DNA of 64,000 nucleotides from an uncultured Candidatus Saccharibacteria bacterium (GCA_964364265.1 CAYILA010000003.1:19959-83958), one strand, 5' to 3'. Shown: positions 30,116 through 40,570, counted from the stretch's first letter. A program made the numbers and translations. The notes: a model not told the origin generated them from the letters alone.

Positions 30116-30144
30116 ATTATAGCATAATACTTCGCTTATGTCAA
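30116..30144 (-). promoter_or_regulatory. Consensus sigma70 promoter
   Basis: TTGACA-N17-TATAAT with a TG extension. Confidence 0.8.
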
Positions 30145-30493
30145 TATTAGATTTGCCTATCGGGAAATGCTCGATTCACCAGACTCTTACCTAACAATTA
30201 CGATATCATCTATACCACTTGACTAGGATTACCCCGTCAAAATCTTCTATACAGGCACAATATTGTGTCAAAATTCACGCTGCAGCGTATGTTATGACAC
30301 AAATATACCCAAACTCTGGCGTGAATTCGGGTATATAGTTATTCTTCGAGTGATGCGATGCTGAAATCGGGAAGTATTAATTATTTCTCGATTCCGCCCC
30401 TGGCTCCCCTCGAACAATATAATATTAGGCCTGATTTACTGATTAGCTCCAATCCTTGGTTGGTCGGCCTCGGGCCGAGATTAGCTATCTCTG

Positions 30494-31423
30494 TTATTTT
30501 AAATAAATAATCTCGGTCTCAATCTCTACGCCAAATTTATCTTTGACTGTTTTCTTGGCATACTCGATTAGTTGCAGAACTTCGCTTGATTTGGCGTCTC
30601 CAAGATTAATCAAGAAATTGGGATGCTTTTCGGCAATTTGGGCATTGCCGATTTTTTTGCCTTTCAGTCCGGCTTCACTTAAAAGCAAAGCGACCGGAAC
30701 AACCGAAAAGGGATCGTTTTTGATAAACTCTTTATACTTTTCAGCCAGCTCCGGTGTAACTTTAGAGACCGGTACATTTTTAAAGGTGCTTCCGGCGCTA
30801 GGGTAATTTAAGGGTTGATTGTCAAGGCGGTATCGGATATTTGCTTTAACCTTGGCTTCAATATCGTATTTCTGACCTTTTTTGAAAAAGAAGCCGCAAA
30901 ATAGTATGCATTCGTCTAATTTCTCATTCTTAAAAATACTTCCCCGGTAGGTGAAGGCGCACTCCTCTTTGCTCCTTATTTTTGTTTCCAATGTTTCTAA
31001 ATCCAAACTCTCGACATTTCCTATATTATCCTTTGTCTCTCCGCCAAACGACCCGGCATTACCTCTTACGGCGCCGCCAAGAGATCCCGGCAGGCCGCCG
31101 GCCCATTCAAAGCCAGAGTATTCTTTTTCAATGCAATAATTAATCGCTTTCGAAAACAGCAATCCCGCTCCATATTTTACATTGGGAAAATTATCCGTGA
31201 TCTCGTCGATATCATTATGAAGTATCAGCCCGTCATAACCGCCATCATCTATTAAGAGGTTTGTAACACCGCCGGTTATAAACATTTTGGCAATCCCCTT
31301 TTCCTTTGCTTCTTTCAAACCAGCAATCAATTCATCTTTGTTTTTGAACTTTAGATAATACTTAGCATTGCCGCCGATTTTGTAATAACTTAAATTTTTA
31401 AGAGAAATATTTTCTTCAATCAT
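30494..31423 (-). CDS. murB: UDP-N-acetylmuramate dehydrogenase
   Basis: GLPGSLGGAVRGNAG, SAGSTFKN and KHPNF motifs. Confidence 0.95.
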   Translation of the reverse strand: MIEENISLKNLSYYKIGGNAKYYLKFKNKDELIAGLKEAKEKGIAKMFITGGVTNLLIDDGGYDGLILHNDIDEITDNFPNVKYGAGLLFSKAINYCIEKEYSGFEWAGGLPGSLGGAVRGNAGSFGGETKDNIGNVESLDLETLETKIRSKEECAFTYRGSIFKNEKLDECILFCGFFFKKGQKYDIEAKVKANIRYRLDNQPLNYPSAGSTFKNVPVSKVTPELAEKYKEFIKNDPFSVVPVALLLSEAGLKGKKIGNAQIAEKHPNFLINLGDAKSSEVLQLIEYAKKTVKDKFGVEIETEIIYLK

Positions 31424-32247
31424 TTTGCTCCTTTTAGTTTTTCGATAAGAATGAGAAACATAAATTTTGGAATCGCCATTTGTCTAGCAATTCTTCTTGG
31501 CTCAATGATTAATCGAAATAACCACTCAAAGCCCAATTTTTGCAACCAGACCGGGGCCCGTGGTTTGATGCCGGCAACAAAATCAAACGAACCGCCCACG
31601 CCCATTCCGATGCGGCAACCGGTATGTTTTAGGTTGGCCGCCAACCACTTTTCTTGTTTTGGTGCGCCGTATGCTACAAATACAATATCGGCTTTGCTCT
31701 TTTTGATCGCTTCGACTATTTCCTCGGTATCCTTAATCGAACCGGAATGGACACCGACGACCCGAAGGTCCGGCAGATCGGTTTGAAGTTTGAGCGAGCA
31801 CCTTTCGGCCACCGTCGGTTCTCCTCCGACAAAAAATATCTCTAAACGATTTTTTGAGGCGTATTCTGATAGGTCCCAAATAAAATCAGAACCGGAGACT
31901 CTGGCTTTTATTGGTCTATTCCCTATCCTGGTGTAAACAGGCATGAATATTATTGAGAGAAACCAAACAGCCAAAAAATAGAAAAATGAAATATACTTAT
32001 CGAAAGCCGGTTTTGTATTTAAGTATTTGGCCGCCCAAATTAATCCGACTCCATCAGTAATATTTAAGGAAGAAGAATGATTTAAAATTTTGAATAATTC
32101 CCTGTCTTTTTGGGCTCTTGTTATTATTTCCGGATTTGGAGTGCAAATAATATGAGTTCCCGACATTGAAAAATCATGAAATATTTTTTCGTATTCCTTT
32201 TTCTCTATAGCATCTAATCTGATTTTTAAGATATTCACTCTATTCAT
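31420..32247 (-). CDS. WecB/TagA/CpsF glycosyltransferase
   Basis: TPNPE, GAPKQE, GVGGSFD and EWLFRL motifs. Confidence 0.92.
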   Translation of the reverse strand: MNRVNILKIRLDAIEKKEYEKIFHDFSMSGTHIICTPNPEIITRAQKDRELFKILNHSSSLNITDGVGLIWAAKYLNTKPAFDKYISFFYFLAVWFLSIIFMPVYTRIGNRPIKARVSGSDFIWDLSEYASKNRLEIFFVGGEPTVAERCSLKLQTDLPDLRVVGVHSGSIKDTEEIVEAIKKSKADIVFVAYGAPKQEKWLAANLKHTGCRIGMGVGGSFDFVAGIKPRAPVWLQKLGFEWLFRLIIEPRRIARQMAIPKFMFLILIEKLKGAK

Positions 32248-33334
32248 TTTCCAAACATTTTTTTATTTCGGAAATAAATACTTCTTCGGAAAACTTCTCG
32301 GCTTGTTTTCGACAATCTTTCGGTAAGATGTTCTCTCTAATCTTTTCCAATTGCTCTATCGCTTCATTTAAACTATCCGGATTATCATTTTCAAAGAATA
32401 CTCCGGTTTTCCCCTCGACAACCGTTTCGGTGACACCACCCTTTTTATATGCCACTACCGGAACTCCCGATGCCATTGCTTCAATGGGAGTCAGACCGAA
32501 ATCCTCTTCTCCGGGGAATATCAAGGCGATCGAATTTCTCATTTTTTCCACGACAACCCTGTCTGGTTGCCAGTCAAGAAATTCGATATTATTTTTCGCT
32601 AACTTTTTTAATCTTTTTTGATCCGATCCGATGCCTATAATTTTTAATTCCTTGTTATTTATGTTAAATGCTTTTATTGCCAAATCAATCTTTTTATACG
32701 GCTCTAACCTTGAAACCACCAGATAATAATCCCCGGTCTTGCCATCAGAAAGTGGAATATTTTTAATATCAGTTGGGGGATAAATCACTTTTGCATCTTT
32801 CCGGTAATACTTTTTAATCCGTTCGGCCGCCGTATTCGATTGAGCAAGCCAAAGATCGACTCTATCCGCCGAGACACGGTCCCAAATCCTGACATTTTTC
32901 AAAATATTTCTAATATATATCCCCTTAATTCCTTGGCCGATGTTGTGCTCATCCAAATATTCGTGGTACCAATCCCAAGCATAACGCATCGGCGAATAAC
33001 AGTAACAGATATGCTTCGTTTTCGGTTTGGTGATGACGCCGTGGGCAAATGAATTTGAGAAAGATAAGACGGTATCATACTTTGATAAATCAAATTCTTC
33101 AATCGCTTGCGGAAACCGCGGTAATAATAAGCGTGTCTTGCTTCTAATATTTCGGGGCAGTTTTCCGAGGGAGGATTGTGTGACATTATATTTTGAAAAT
33201 ACTTCTTTAGTTCCTTTTTCGTCATACAATAAAGTATAAAGATCAACATTTGGAAAATGTTTTAAGAATATTTGTAGCACTTTTTCAGCACCACCTAATT
33301 TAGTTAAAAAATCGTGAACCACCGCAATTTTCAT
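32240..33334 (-). CDS. GT4 glycosyltransferase
   Basis: GGAEKV and EDFGLTPIEAMASG motifs. Confidence 0.92.
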   Translation of the reverse strand: MKIAVVHDFLTKLGGAEKVLQIFLKHFPNVDLYTLLYDEKGTKEVFSKYNVTQSSLGKLPRNIRSKTRLLLPRFPQAIEEFDLSKYDTVLSFSNSFAHGVITKPKTKHICYCYSPMRYAWDWYHEYLDEHNIGQGIKGIYIRNILKNVRIWDRVSADRVDLWLAQSNTAAERIKKYYRKDAKVIYPPTDIKNIPLSDGKTGDYYLVVSRLEPYKKIDLAIKAFNINNKELKIIGIGSDQKRLKKLAKNNIEFLDWQPDRVVVEKMRNSIALIFPGEEDFGLTPIEAMASGVPVVAYKKGGVTETVVEGKTGVFFENDNPDSLNEAIEQLEKIRENILPKDCRKQAEKFSEEVFISEIKKCLENE

Positions 33335-34392
33335 TCAGTACCTTCTTTAATAAAATCAATCAGTTGCTTTGCCGAATTCTGCCAATCAAAATCTTTTAAT
33401 CGTTGAAATCCATCCTTAATCAGTTTTTCTCTTTTAGCTTTATCGGATACAATTTCTTCCATTGCCTTTGCTATCTCACTCGGATCATCCGGATCGATTA
33501 AAATGGCAGAGTTTCCGGCGATTTCTTTCATTGCAGAACAATCAGAAGTTATTACCGGTAAACCAGTTGAGAAAGCTTCTAAAATTGGCATACCGAAGCC
33601 TTCATACAAACTCGGATAGACCAAGGCCGTAGCGTTATTAAATAATTGCTTGACCTTCTGATGCGGTTGATAACCCAATAATTTGATATCATTTTTGTAT
33701 TTAGAATTATCTATTTCTTTTAAAATCTCCCGGAAGCCGAAACCGGCCTTGCCTATCAATATTAATTTTCGCTTGTCGGGATTGCCGCATTTATATTCTT
33801 CAAAAGCTTTAACAATGTTAACAATATTTTTTCGTTTTTCAATTCTGCCGATAAATACAAAATCACCATAAAGATTGGATTTTCCACCGATATTTTCGTA
33901 ACCGCTATAGATTACTTTTATTTTATCCTGATTGATTTTGTATAATTTTATTAAATCTTTTTTAGTTGAATCAGAAACGGTTACTATCTTTGCTCCAAAA
34001 TTAATGTCTTTTTTAATAGCTCTGTTTTGTATGATCAGTTCGGTTTTGGTATATGCCTTCTTAAAGTACTTGAAAGCTAAGTCATGAATGTAGACTATCG
34101 AATTTTTTGGAGCAAAGCCGGGAATTTCGTTGCCAAAAACTATCAGAGCTTCCGGCTTGTCTTTGAACAATGCTAACGGCAAGCGAAATTTATGCCAAAA
34201 TTTTTTAAAAGGGATTATGATATTTTTAAAATTATCGCCTTGCAGTTCTTTGGCCAGCGGCACGCTTGAATAGAGAAAATACTCATTTTCCTTATCGATT
34301 TTTTTCAAACACAAAATCGTCTGATAAGCGACATTTTCTACACCGGTTTTATTTTCCAGCGAAGCGCTGGAAGCGTCAATGGCAATTTTCAT
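33331..34392 (-). CDS. GT4 glycosyltransferase
   Basis: YEGFGMPILEA motif. Start moved to ATG 34392. Confidence 0.9.
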   Translation of the reverse strand: MKIAIDASSASLENKTGVENVAYQTILCLKKIDKENEYFLYSSVPLAKELQGDNFKNIIIPFKKFWHKFRLPLALFKDKPEALIVFGNEIPGFAPKNSIVYIHDLAFKYFKKAYTKTELIIQNRAIKKDINFGAKIVTVSDSTKKDLIKLYKINQDKIKVIYSGYENIGGKSNLYGDFVFIGRIEKRKNIVNIVKAFEEYKCGNPDKRKLILIGKAGFGFREILKEIDNSKYKNDIKLLGYQPHQKVKQLFNNATALVYPSLYEGFGMPILEAFSTGLPVITSDCSAMKEIAGNSAILIDPDDPSEIAKAMEEIVSDKAKREKLIKDGFQRLKDFDWQNSAKQLIDFIKEGTE

Positions 34393-34393
34393 A

Positions 34394-35401
34394 TTAATCC
34401 TTCGCCCAAAGAACAGACTTTTTGAACGATTCGAGATTTTCAACCGCAATCCCCGATCCTTTGACCACACATTCCAACGGTTGATTGGCGACTTCGCAGG
34501 GAACGCCGGTAATCTTAGTTAACAAACTATCGATATTTCGAAGCAACGAGCCGCCGCCGGTCAGAACGATTCCCTTATCCATTACATCGGAAGCAAGCTC
34601 CGGAGGCGTCTTTTGCAAGACGTCTTTAACGGCATTGATTATCTCCATTAACGGGCCTTTTATTGCGGTTACGACATCATTTGATGTGATCATGATGCTT
34701 TCCGGAAGTCCGGTAATTGTATTCGATCCGGAAACCTCCATTTTTTCCTCTTTTTTAAGGACTTGGGCTGAACCAATCTGGATTTTAACCTGCTCTGCGG
34801 TTTGTTCGCCGATAATTAAATTATGCTTTTTTCGAATGAAATTAGCGATGGCGGCATCCATTTTATTCCCGCCGACACGAACCGATGATGAAGCCACCAC
34901 ATCGCCCAATGATAATACCGCCACTTCTGTCGTTCCGCCGCCGATATCGATTATCATATTGCCGGCCGGAGTGGCGATCGGAATGCCGGCGCCGAGGGCG
35001 GCGGCAATCGGTTTTTTAATAATATATGTCTGTTTTGCGCCGGCCGCGTTGCAAGCATCAATCACTGCTCTTCTCTCTGTCGAAGTAATGCCGGCCGGAA
35101 CCGAGACCATAATGTCGGGTTTGAATAATTTAATATTTCCGGTCACTTTATTTATAAAGTATTTAAGCATCGCTTCGGCGATACGGTAATTCGCCACCAC
35201 TCCATCTTTCAGGGGCGTGGCTGCGATAATGCTCTCCGGAGTTCGGCCAATCATTTTTCTGGCTTCCTCGCCAATCGCCACGACTTTATTGTCAAAGGCC
35301 TGCAGGGCGACAACGCTCGGCTCGTTTACGATAATCCCCCGTTTTGGAACATAAACTAAAATGTTTGTTGTCCCCAGATCAATTGCGATTTTTCTTACCA
35401 T
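34394..35401 (-). CDS. mreB: Rod shape-determining protein MreB/Mbl
   Basis: DLGT, DIGGGT and LTGGG motifs. Confidence 0.93.
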   Translation of the reverse strand: MVRKIAIDLGTTNILVYVPKRGIIVNEPSVVALQAFDNKVVAIGEEARKMIGRTPESIIAATPLKDGVVANYRIAEAMLKYFINKVTGNIKLFKPDIMVSVPAGITSTERRAVIDACNAAGAKQTYIIKKPIAAALGAGIPIATPAGNMIIDIGGGTTEVAVLSLGDVVASSSVRVGGNKMDAAIANFIRKKHNLIIGEQTAEQVKIQIGSAQVLKKEEKMEVSGSNTITGLPESIMITSNDVVTAIKGPLMEIINAVKDVLQKTPPELASDVMDKGIVLTGGGSLLRNIDSLLTKITGVPCEVANQPLECVVKGSGIAVENLESFKKSVLWAKD

Positions 35402-35406
35402 TATAT

Positions 35407-36669
35407 TTATTCCGCCCGGACGATATCGGCTCCGACACCAATTAATTTTTTATCAATATTCTCATAACCGCGGTCAATGTATTCGGATTGATTAATTTCA
35501 GTCTGACCTTCGGCAATCAGTGCGGCTACTACTAACGCGGCGCCGCCTCTTATGTCCTGGCAGAGAATTGATGTGCCGTTTAATTTCCTTGAACCGATAA
35601 TCTCGATGATATGAGGACTTAGTATTTGGTCTTTAGCGCCCATTTTTTCAAGTTCGGAAAGATAGAGAAATCTTCCCTCAAATAATGTCTCGAAGATTCG
35701 GCTCTTGCCTTCAGCCTGCGTCATCAAGACCGCAAACGGCGATTGCAGGTCTGTCGGAAAACCGGGATACGTTCTGGTGTCAATATCCTGCGCTTTCAGG
35801 CCGCCATGTTTATAGGTCTGGAAATATTTTGATCCCTCTTTTTCAACTACTTCGAATTTTGCTCCGGCCGCTTCCAGTTTTTTAATTACAATCGACATAT
35901 GTTCCGGTATAACCGGACCGATTGTCAGCTCGGAATTTGTTGCGACGGCGATTATTAAGTATGTAGCGGCTTCGATCCGATCCGGCATTACATCATAAAC
36001 AACACCATCTAATTTTGAAACACCCTCTATTTCAATCTCATGGGTGCCGGCGCCCTTGATCTTTGCGCCCATTTTGTTCAGGAAGTTTGCAAGATCGGCG
36101 ATTTCCGGCTCGGCCGCCGCCATTCTGATTATTGATTTGCCCTTGACAAAAACCGAGGCCATCATCGCATTTTCGGTCGCCGTAACGCTCATTTTGGCTA
36201 ATATTATCTCGGACGGTTTTGGATACCCTTCCAATACATATTTGTCGCCATCTTTGGATACTTTTACACCCATCTGTCGGAAGGCATCAAGATGATCGTC
36301 TATCGGTCTTGCTCCAATTAAGCAACCGCCCGGTTGTGAAAAGACCGCCTTTCCATATCTGGCGAGCAATGGACCGACGACGACAATAGAACCACGCAAT
36401 TTCTTGACCGACTTTTCATCCGGTTTGCAAGACGTTACCTTGGTCGGATTGATTCTAATATTATTTCCATTGGCCTCAATATCGATGCCGATTGACTCCA
36501 AAATCTCCTCCATCTTATTGATATCGGTGATATTCGGGACATTGTTTACATTGACCTCTGAACTGGCTAATATCGAGGCCGGTAAAATCTTTAAGGCGGA
36601 ATTTTTTGCGCCTGAAACCGTAATTGTCCCCGATAATCTCTTTTTACCGTTTATAATGATTTTAGACAT
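35407..36669 (-). CDS. murA: UDP-GlcNAc 1-carboxyvinyltransferase
   Basis: GAKNS, PGGCLIGARP and PGFPTD motifs. Confidence 0.97.
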   Translation of the reverse strand: MSKIIINGKKRLSGTITVSGAKNSALKILPASILASSEVNVNNVPNITDINKMEEILESIGIDIEANGNNIRINPTKVTSCKPDEKSVKKLRGSIVVVGPLLARYGKAVFSQPGGCLIGARPIDDHLDAFRQMGVKVSKDGDKYVLEGYPKPSEIILAKMSVTATENAMMASVFVKGKSIIRMAAAEPEIADLANFLNKMGAKIKGAGTHEIEIEGVSKLDGVVYDVMPDRIEAATYLIIAVATNSELTIGPVIPEHMSIVIKKLEAAGAKFEVVEKEGSKYFQTYKHGGLKAQDIDTRTYPGFPTDLQSPFAVLMTQAEGKSRIFETLFEGRFLYLSELEKMGAKDQILSPHIIEIIGSRKLNGTSILCQDIRGGAALVVAALIAEGQTEINQSEYIDRGYENIDKKLIGVGADIVRAE

Positions 36670-36762
36670 ACTTTCTTTCCATATTAATTATATAAACCGG
36701 GTTTTAAAAAGACCGCTTTCTTTAGCTTTATTGTATGGTAATTTGACCGATAATTCAATATA

Positions 36763-37485
36763 ATGGTTCTCGTGAACAACCGCAGGACTAAAAACATATT
36801 TTCAATAATTTTCAAACAATCCTTAGTCGGCCTTTTGATGTTTTTAATCGGTATAAGTATTATTTTCTATGCCCATGGTTATAAATTTAATTTTAAGAAT
36901 TTCAAAATCATTAAAACCGGAATAATCTACGTCTCGTCCGAACAAAGGGAGGCAAATCTTTATGTCAATGGCGTTTTAGTCGCTCCCAAGTTGCCATTCG
37001 CTTATGGCTGTTTGCCGGGATTTTATAATCTTGAAATTAAAAAAGATGGATATCAAAGCTGGAAATCCCGTATTCAAGTAACCGCCGAAAAAGTTTCGTC
37101 GTTTGATTATATCGTCTTGTTTAAAAACAATATTTCAAAAGAACAAACTTCCGACGCCGGAGTCATTAATCAATTGATTTCACCTAACGACGAGTTGTTT
37201 AGAAGCAATAACACCATTTATTACAATGATTATGAGATCTGGGAGGGACAAAATTTAGTTGCGCGCTTCTCAAAACCGATTAATCGCGCCATTTGGTTCT
37301 CTGATAATTACCATATCATTTACCAACAGGGTGATGAAATCAGGGTCATTGAAAAAACCGGAACAAACGATACCTTCTTAATCCGACTTGAAAACAACGC
37401 CATTACCAATTTTGATATCAGTTCAAACGGAAATGAATTGTATTTTAAAGATCTAGGCAGGTATTATAAGGCGGTGATTAAATAA
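36763..37485 (+). CDS. Membrane-anchored PEGA-domain protein
   Basis: TM segment, LYVNG, and PGFYNLEIKKDGYQSW. Confidence 0.75.
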   Translation: MVLVNNRRTKNIFSIIFKQSLVGLLMFLIGISIIFYAHGYKFNFKNFKIIKTGIIYVSSEQREANLYVNGVLVAPKLPFAYGCLPGFYNLEIKKDGYQSWKSRIQVTAEKVSSFDYIVLFKNNISKEQTSDAGVINQLISPNDELFRSNNTIYYNDYEIWEGQNLVARFSKPINRAIWFSDNYHIIYQQGDEIRVIEKTGTNDTFLIRLENNAITNFDISSNGNELYFKDLGRYYKAVIK

Positions 37486-37493
37486 TCATAGCT

Positions 37494-38270
37494 CTATCTC
37501 GGAGCCGGCAACTTATTGGAAGTACCAGTGTTTGTTTGTTTTTTATTTCCGGATGGATCGGGGTAAATTTGATCTGAAACGACAATCAGTCTTCGAAGGG
37601 TGGTGCCGATTGGTGTGCAAGTCATTAGAGTCAAGGTTGATTGGTTCTTGCCCTCTAAAACTGACAGATCGTTGGGCGTAACAGTTTTGATCGATGATAC
37701 TTTGTAGAGGTAATCCTTGTTTTGATATTTAAGTTGAACCACGTCTCCGACTGAAAGCTTATTCAATAGAACAAACACATTCTTATAGTTCCCTTTTGAC
37801 CACGGGTAGTCCGAACTGTGTCCGGTAATAAACACATTGCCGGATTCGCCGGGCAATGCCGTGCCATTCAACTGGATCAAACCGTTTGCTAAACCGGCCG
37901 TCACGGCGTCGGGGTTATTTTCAACCCGCCAAGTGACCGGCGCCAAAACATCAATCAGATCGATTTTTAGATGATTATCCGAAATATTCGGGATCAAAGA
38001 CTTATTTGTGTTTGTTATGGATGTTTTTGTCAGAGCGGAAAGCTCTGTAACTTTGGAGTTGTTTGAGTAATTTTGATTTAAATACTCGGTCTTATACCAA
38101 TAAGTTATATTGTCCAGTAATCCGGAGTAATTGATAAAGCCAAAAATTATCAGATACAAAAGAACGAAACTAAAAAAAAACTTCGTAAATGTTTTGAATT
38201 TACCGGGACTTTTCTTTTGGTGTGAAAAAAGTTTTTCCAGTTCCTTTTCATCAAAGTATTCTGTATCCAT
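37494..38270 (-). CDS. Sortase-family protein
   Basis: TM segment, ITGHS, and LTLMTCTP..RLIV. Confidence 0.92.
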   Translation of the reverse strand: MDTEYFDEKELEKLFSHQKKSPGKFKTFTKFFFSFVLLYLIIFGFINYSGLLDNITYWYKTEYLNQNYSNNSKVTELSALTKTSITNTNKSLIPNISDNHLKIDLIDVLAPVTWRVENNPDAVTAGLANGLIQLNGTALPGESGNVFITGHSSDYPWSKGNYKNVFVLLNKLSVGDVVQLKYQNKDYLYKVSSIKTVTPNDLSVLEGKNQSTLTLMTCTPIGTTLRRLIVVSDQIYPDPSGNKKQTNTGTSNKLPAPR

Positions 38271-38478
38271 ATTAGCGGCACCATTTTCTTAAAATAGTTC
38301 AACCCCTTTTTCAATATCGAGTTTTTGAATGATTTAAGTTTAAATTATTCCAGTAAATTTTTCAACAAAAAGTAATTAAAGAATTTACCGCGAAGAGGTA
38401 AATTCTTTTTCGACAAAAAAAGGGCGCCCGCTGATCAAAACTCAATGAGTTTGATTAGGCAGACGCCTTTGTGTGATG

Positions 38479-39657
38479 TTACCGTGATAACTGTTTGCCG
38501 CAGAGAACCTGGGCTAGCTCGGCAAGCGACCTGCCACGGAGATACCGATCGCTGATCTCCATTGCTGCTGTTGAAGCAGTGATGAAATCAGCTTCTTCTT
38601 GCGAGATTTCTGCGATACAAGCGAGTGCGGAATAGATATCTGTTTCATCTGTGGTGCTCTCGAGAAGTATCGCGAAGTCATTCCGATCTCGCGTAATCCG
38701 ACAGAGCTCCATGAAAAGCGAATCAACGCTCTCTGGATTTGACAGAAGGGCTTCTCGAGCAACTGTGATATCGCTCTGGTCAGCGCTGATTTTGGCGAGT
38801 GCGAGAAGGTTAAAGTACCTTCTGAAATCCGCCGACCATCCCTTTTCAATTTCTTGAACTGGGATAGCCGTTATTTCAGCTCTTGCTCTTGCGATATCCC
38901 GAGGGTCACGAGTAGCTTTGGCGATCTTGAGCCAATGTTCCCACGGCTCGCAATCGAATCTCTCTGCGATAGCGCGAGCTGCCAGGATGTCTTCATTTGC
39001 CTGGCTAAACTCGTAAACAGCGAGGTATTCCGAGAGTTGGTAGCAGGGAACCTTTTCCTTGGCTGCCATTTTCCGCGCTTCATCAATCTTGCCCATCGCC
39101 GCCGTGGCTCGTACGCGTATGACGCGCACCACACCTTGTTTGTATGATTGCCGAACAATCCGATCAGCCAGTTTCCTGACCATGTCGGGTTGTGATGTTT
39201 CGGCTATCGTTTCCAAAACGACGAACATGGCGATCTGGCGCTGCACCTTTTGCTCGTCCTCGTCTACATAATCGTCTTCGTCGCCAGTGGTCTTGGCAGT
39301 AAGCGAGGCAAGTTTCAAAGCGTATCCGAGATCTTTCTTTGCCCACCCCCTTATGATGCTCTGTCGTGCGAACACAGCCTCATCGTGGCCTTCAGGACTG
39401 ATCTTCTCGGCAATTTCCTCCGCAACCGCCAGATCACCCGCCAAGGCAAGCGCCTCGACGATGTCGGCTCGAACCTCATCAGCTTCGCTGGGACTCGGGT
39501 CGGAGCTTCTCGTGAGAACAATCCGGCAACCCAGAAAATCCCCGATAGTGTTCTTCCCCAAATGTTCAGCCCGCTGATGGACGATGTCGCCAACTTGGAG
39601 CATCGCCATCTCGATAAGCTCCTCAAACAACCTCTTCTTCCAAAGCAGTTTGTCCAT
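38479..39657 (-). CDS. Hypothetical alpha-helical repeat protein
   Basis: 392-aa ORF with an AAGGAG RBS, a TTGACG-N17-TATTAT promoter, a terminator at about 38415-38470, and internal repeats. Confidence 0.7.
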   Translation of the reverse strand: MDKLLWKKRLFEELIEMAMLQVGDIVHQRAEHLGKNTIGDFLGCRIVLTRSSDPSPSEADEVRADIVEALALAGDLAVAEEIAEKISPEGHDEAVFARQSIIRGWAKKDLGYALKLASLTAKTTGDEDDYVDEDEQKVQRQIAMFVVLETIAETSQPDMVRKLADRIVRQSYKQGVVRVIRVRATAAMGKIDEARKMAAKEKVPCYQLSEYLAVYEFSQANEDILAARAIAERFDCEPWEHWLKIAKATRDPRDIARARAEITAIPVQEIEKGWSADFRRYFNLLALAKISADQSDITVAREALLSNPESVDSLFMELCRITRDRNDFAILLESTTDETDIYSALACIAEISQEEADFITASTAAMEISDRYLRGRSLAELAQVLCGKQLSR

Positions 39658-39860
39658 GATTTCTCCTTTTCAAGGTGCCGAAACCCTGACACAAATAATA
39701 GCACATATAGGCACCTCCGTCAAGTTTTGGGCGAAACTAAAACAGAACCTTTTTGCAAGATTCTGCCTTAAAAATCCTATGAAATTTTTCTACCAATTTC
39801 TAAAGACGACTCGATTTCTTTCGAAGCGAGGCGAACCTTTCAAACTTGCAATTTCCTTTG

Positions 39861-39944
39861 TGGTGCCGCGGGTGGGAATCGAACCCACACTCACGAGGAA
39901 CACGATTTTGAGTCGTGCGCGTCTACCAGTTCCGCCACCGCGGC
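39861..39944 (-). tRNA. tRNA-Leu(CAA)
   Basis: Cloverleaf with a long variable arm, anticodon loop CTCAAAA, GTTCGA, and encoded CCA. Confidence 0.97.
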
Positions 39945-39967
39945 ACGTCGTTATTCTAACACAAATC

Positions 39968-40570
39968 CTAGCTTCGCTCAACCCTTTTTAATTCATCTCC
40001 GGTCATGTCGATAATCATTGAAGGAACCGGATTTTCCAGTTGGCCACCATCTACAATCAGATCAATATTGTTGAAATTTTCACCGAATTGCTCTCTCAAT
40101 TCGTCTATTGAAGTTATATTTCCACCGCCGGCTATATTTGCCGATGTTTGGGCGAGAACAAGCCCGCTTTCCCTAATAATTGATAATATCAAGTCGCTGT
40201 CGGGCACTCTAACTCCGATAGTGTCACCTTTCCGGCACAGATTAGATACGCCGTTGCCCGATTTTGATTTCAAGATAAAGGTAAATTTACCGGGAATTTT
40301 TTCTTCAATCAATAGTTTAGATTTTTCATCCAATACCGTGATATTGTTGATTTTATCAATCGAGTCAACGGCCACTCCGATCGGTTTTTCCGGACCTCTT
40401 TGTTTCAGGTCGATTATTCTCCTTACCGCTCCGTCGTTACAGGCATCGGCGCAAATTCCGTAAATCGTATCGAACGGTAAAACCGAAACACCGCCGGATT
40501 TAATGATTTCCGACGCTTTATTTATTACTTCTTCTTGGTTTTGGTCCAATTTTATAATATTATTGAGCAT
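39968..40570 (-). CDS. tsaC: L-threonylcarbamoyladenylate synthase (Sua5/YrdC family)
   Basis: DTIYG, KQR, GVRVP and TSAN motifs. Start moved to 40570. Confidence 0.88.
   Translation of the reverse strand: MLNNIIKLDQNQEEVINKASEIIKSGGVSVLPFDTIYGICADACNDGAVRRIIDLKQRGPEKPIGVAVDSIDKINNITVLDEKSKLLIEEKIPGKFTFILKSKSGNGVSNLCRKGDTIGVRVPDSDLILSIIRESGLVLAQTSANIAGGGNITSIDELREQFGENFNNIDLIVDGGQLENPVPSMIIDMTGDELKRVERS

Noticed and set aside
30150-30490. Hairpin-rich spacer as tmRNA, RNase P RNA or SRP RNA
   Set aside because: No signature motifs were found (GAGGAAAGTCC, tRNA-like ends, SRP GGAA loop).
34485-35189. Long antisense ORFs (here opposite mreB; others lie opposite ftsZ, clpC, rpoA and 38479-39657)
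   Set aside because: They are shadow frames of real genes, with no RBS or recognisable motifs.
38270-39861. Integrative island at tRNA-Leu
   Set aside because: No integrase and no duplicated tRNA 3' end were seen.
39790-39981. Short ORFs spanning tRNA-Leu
   Set aside because: These are translations of the tRNA gene.
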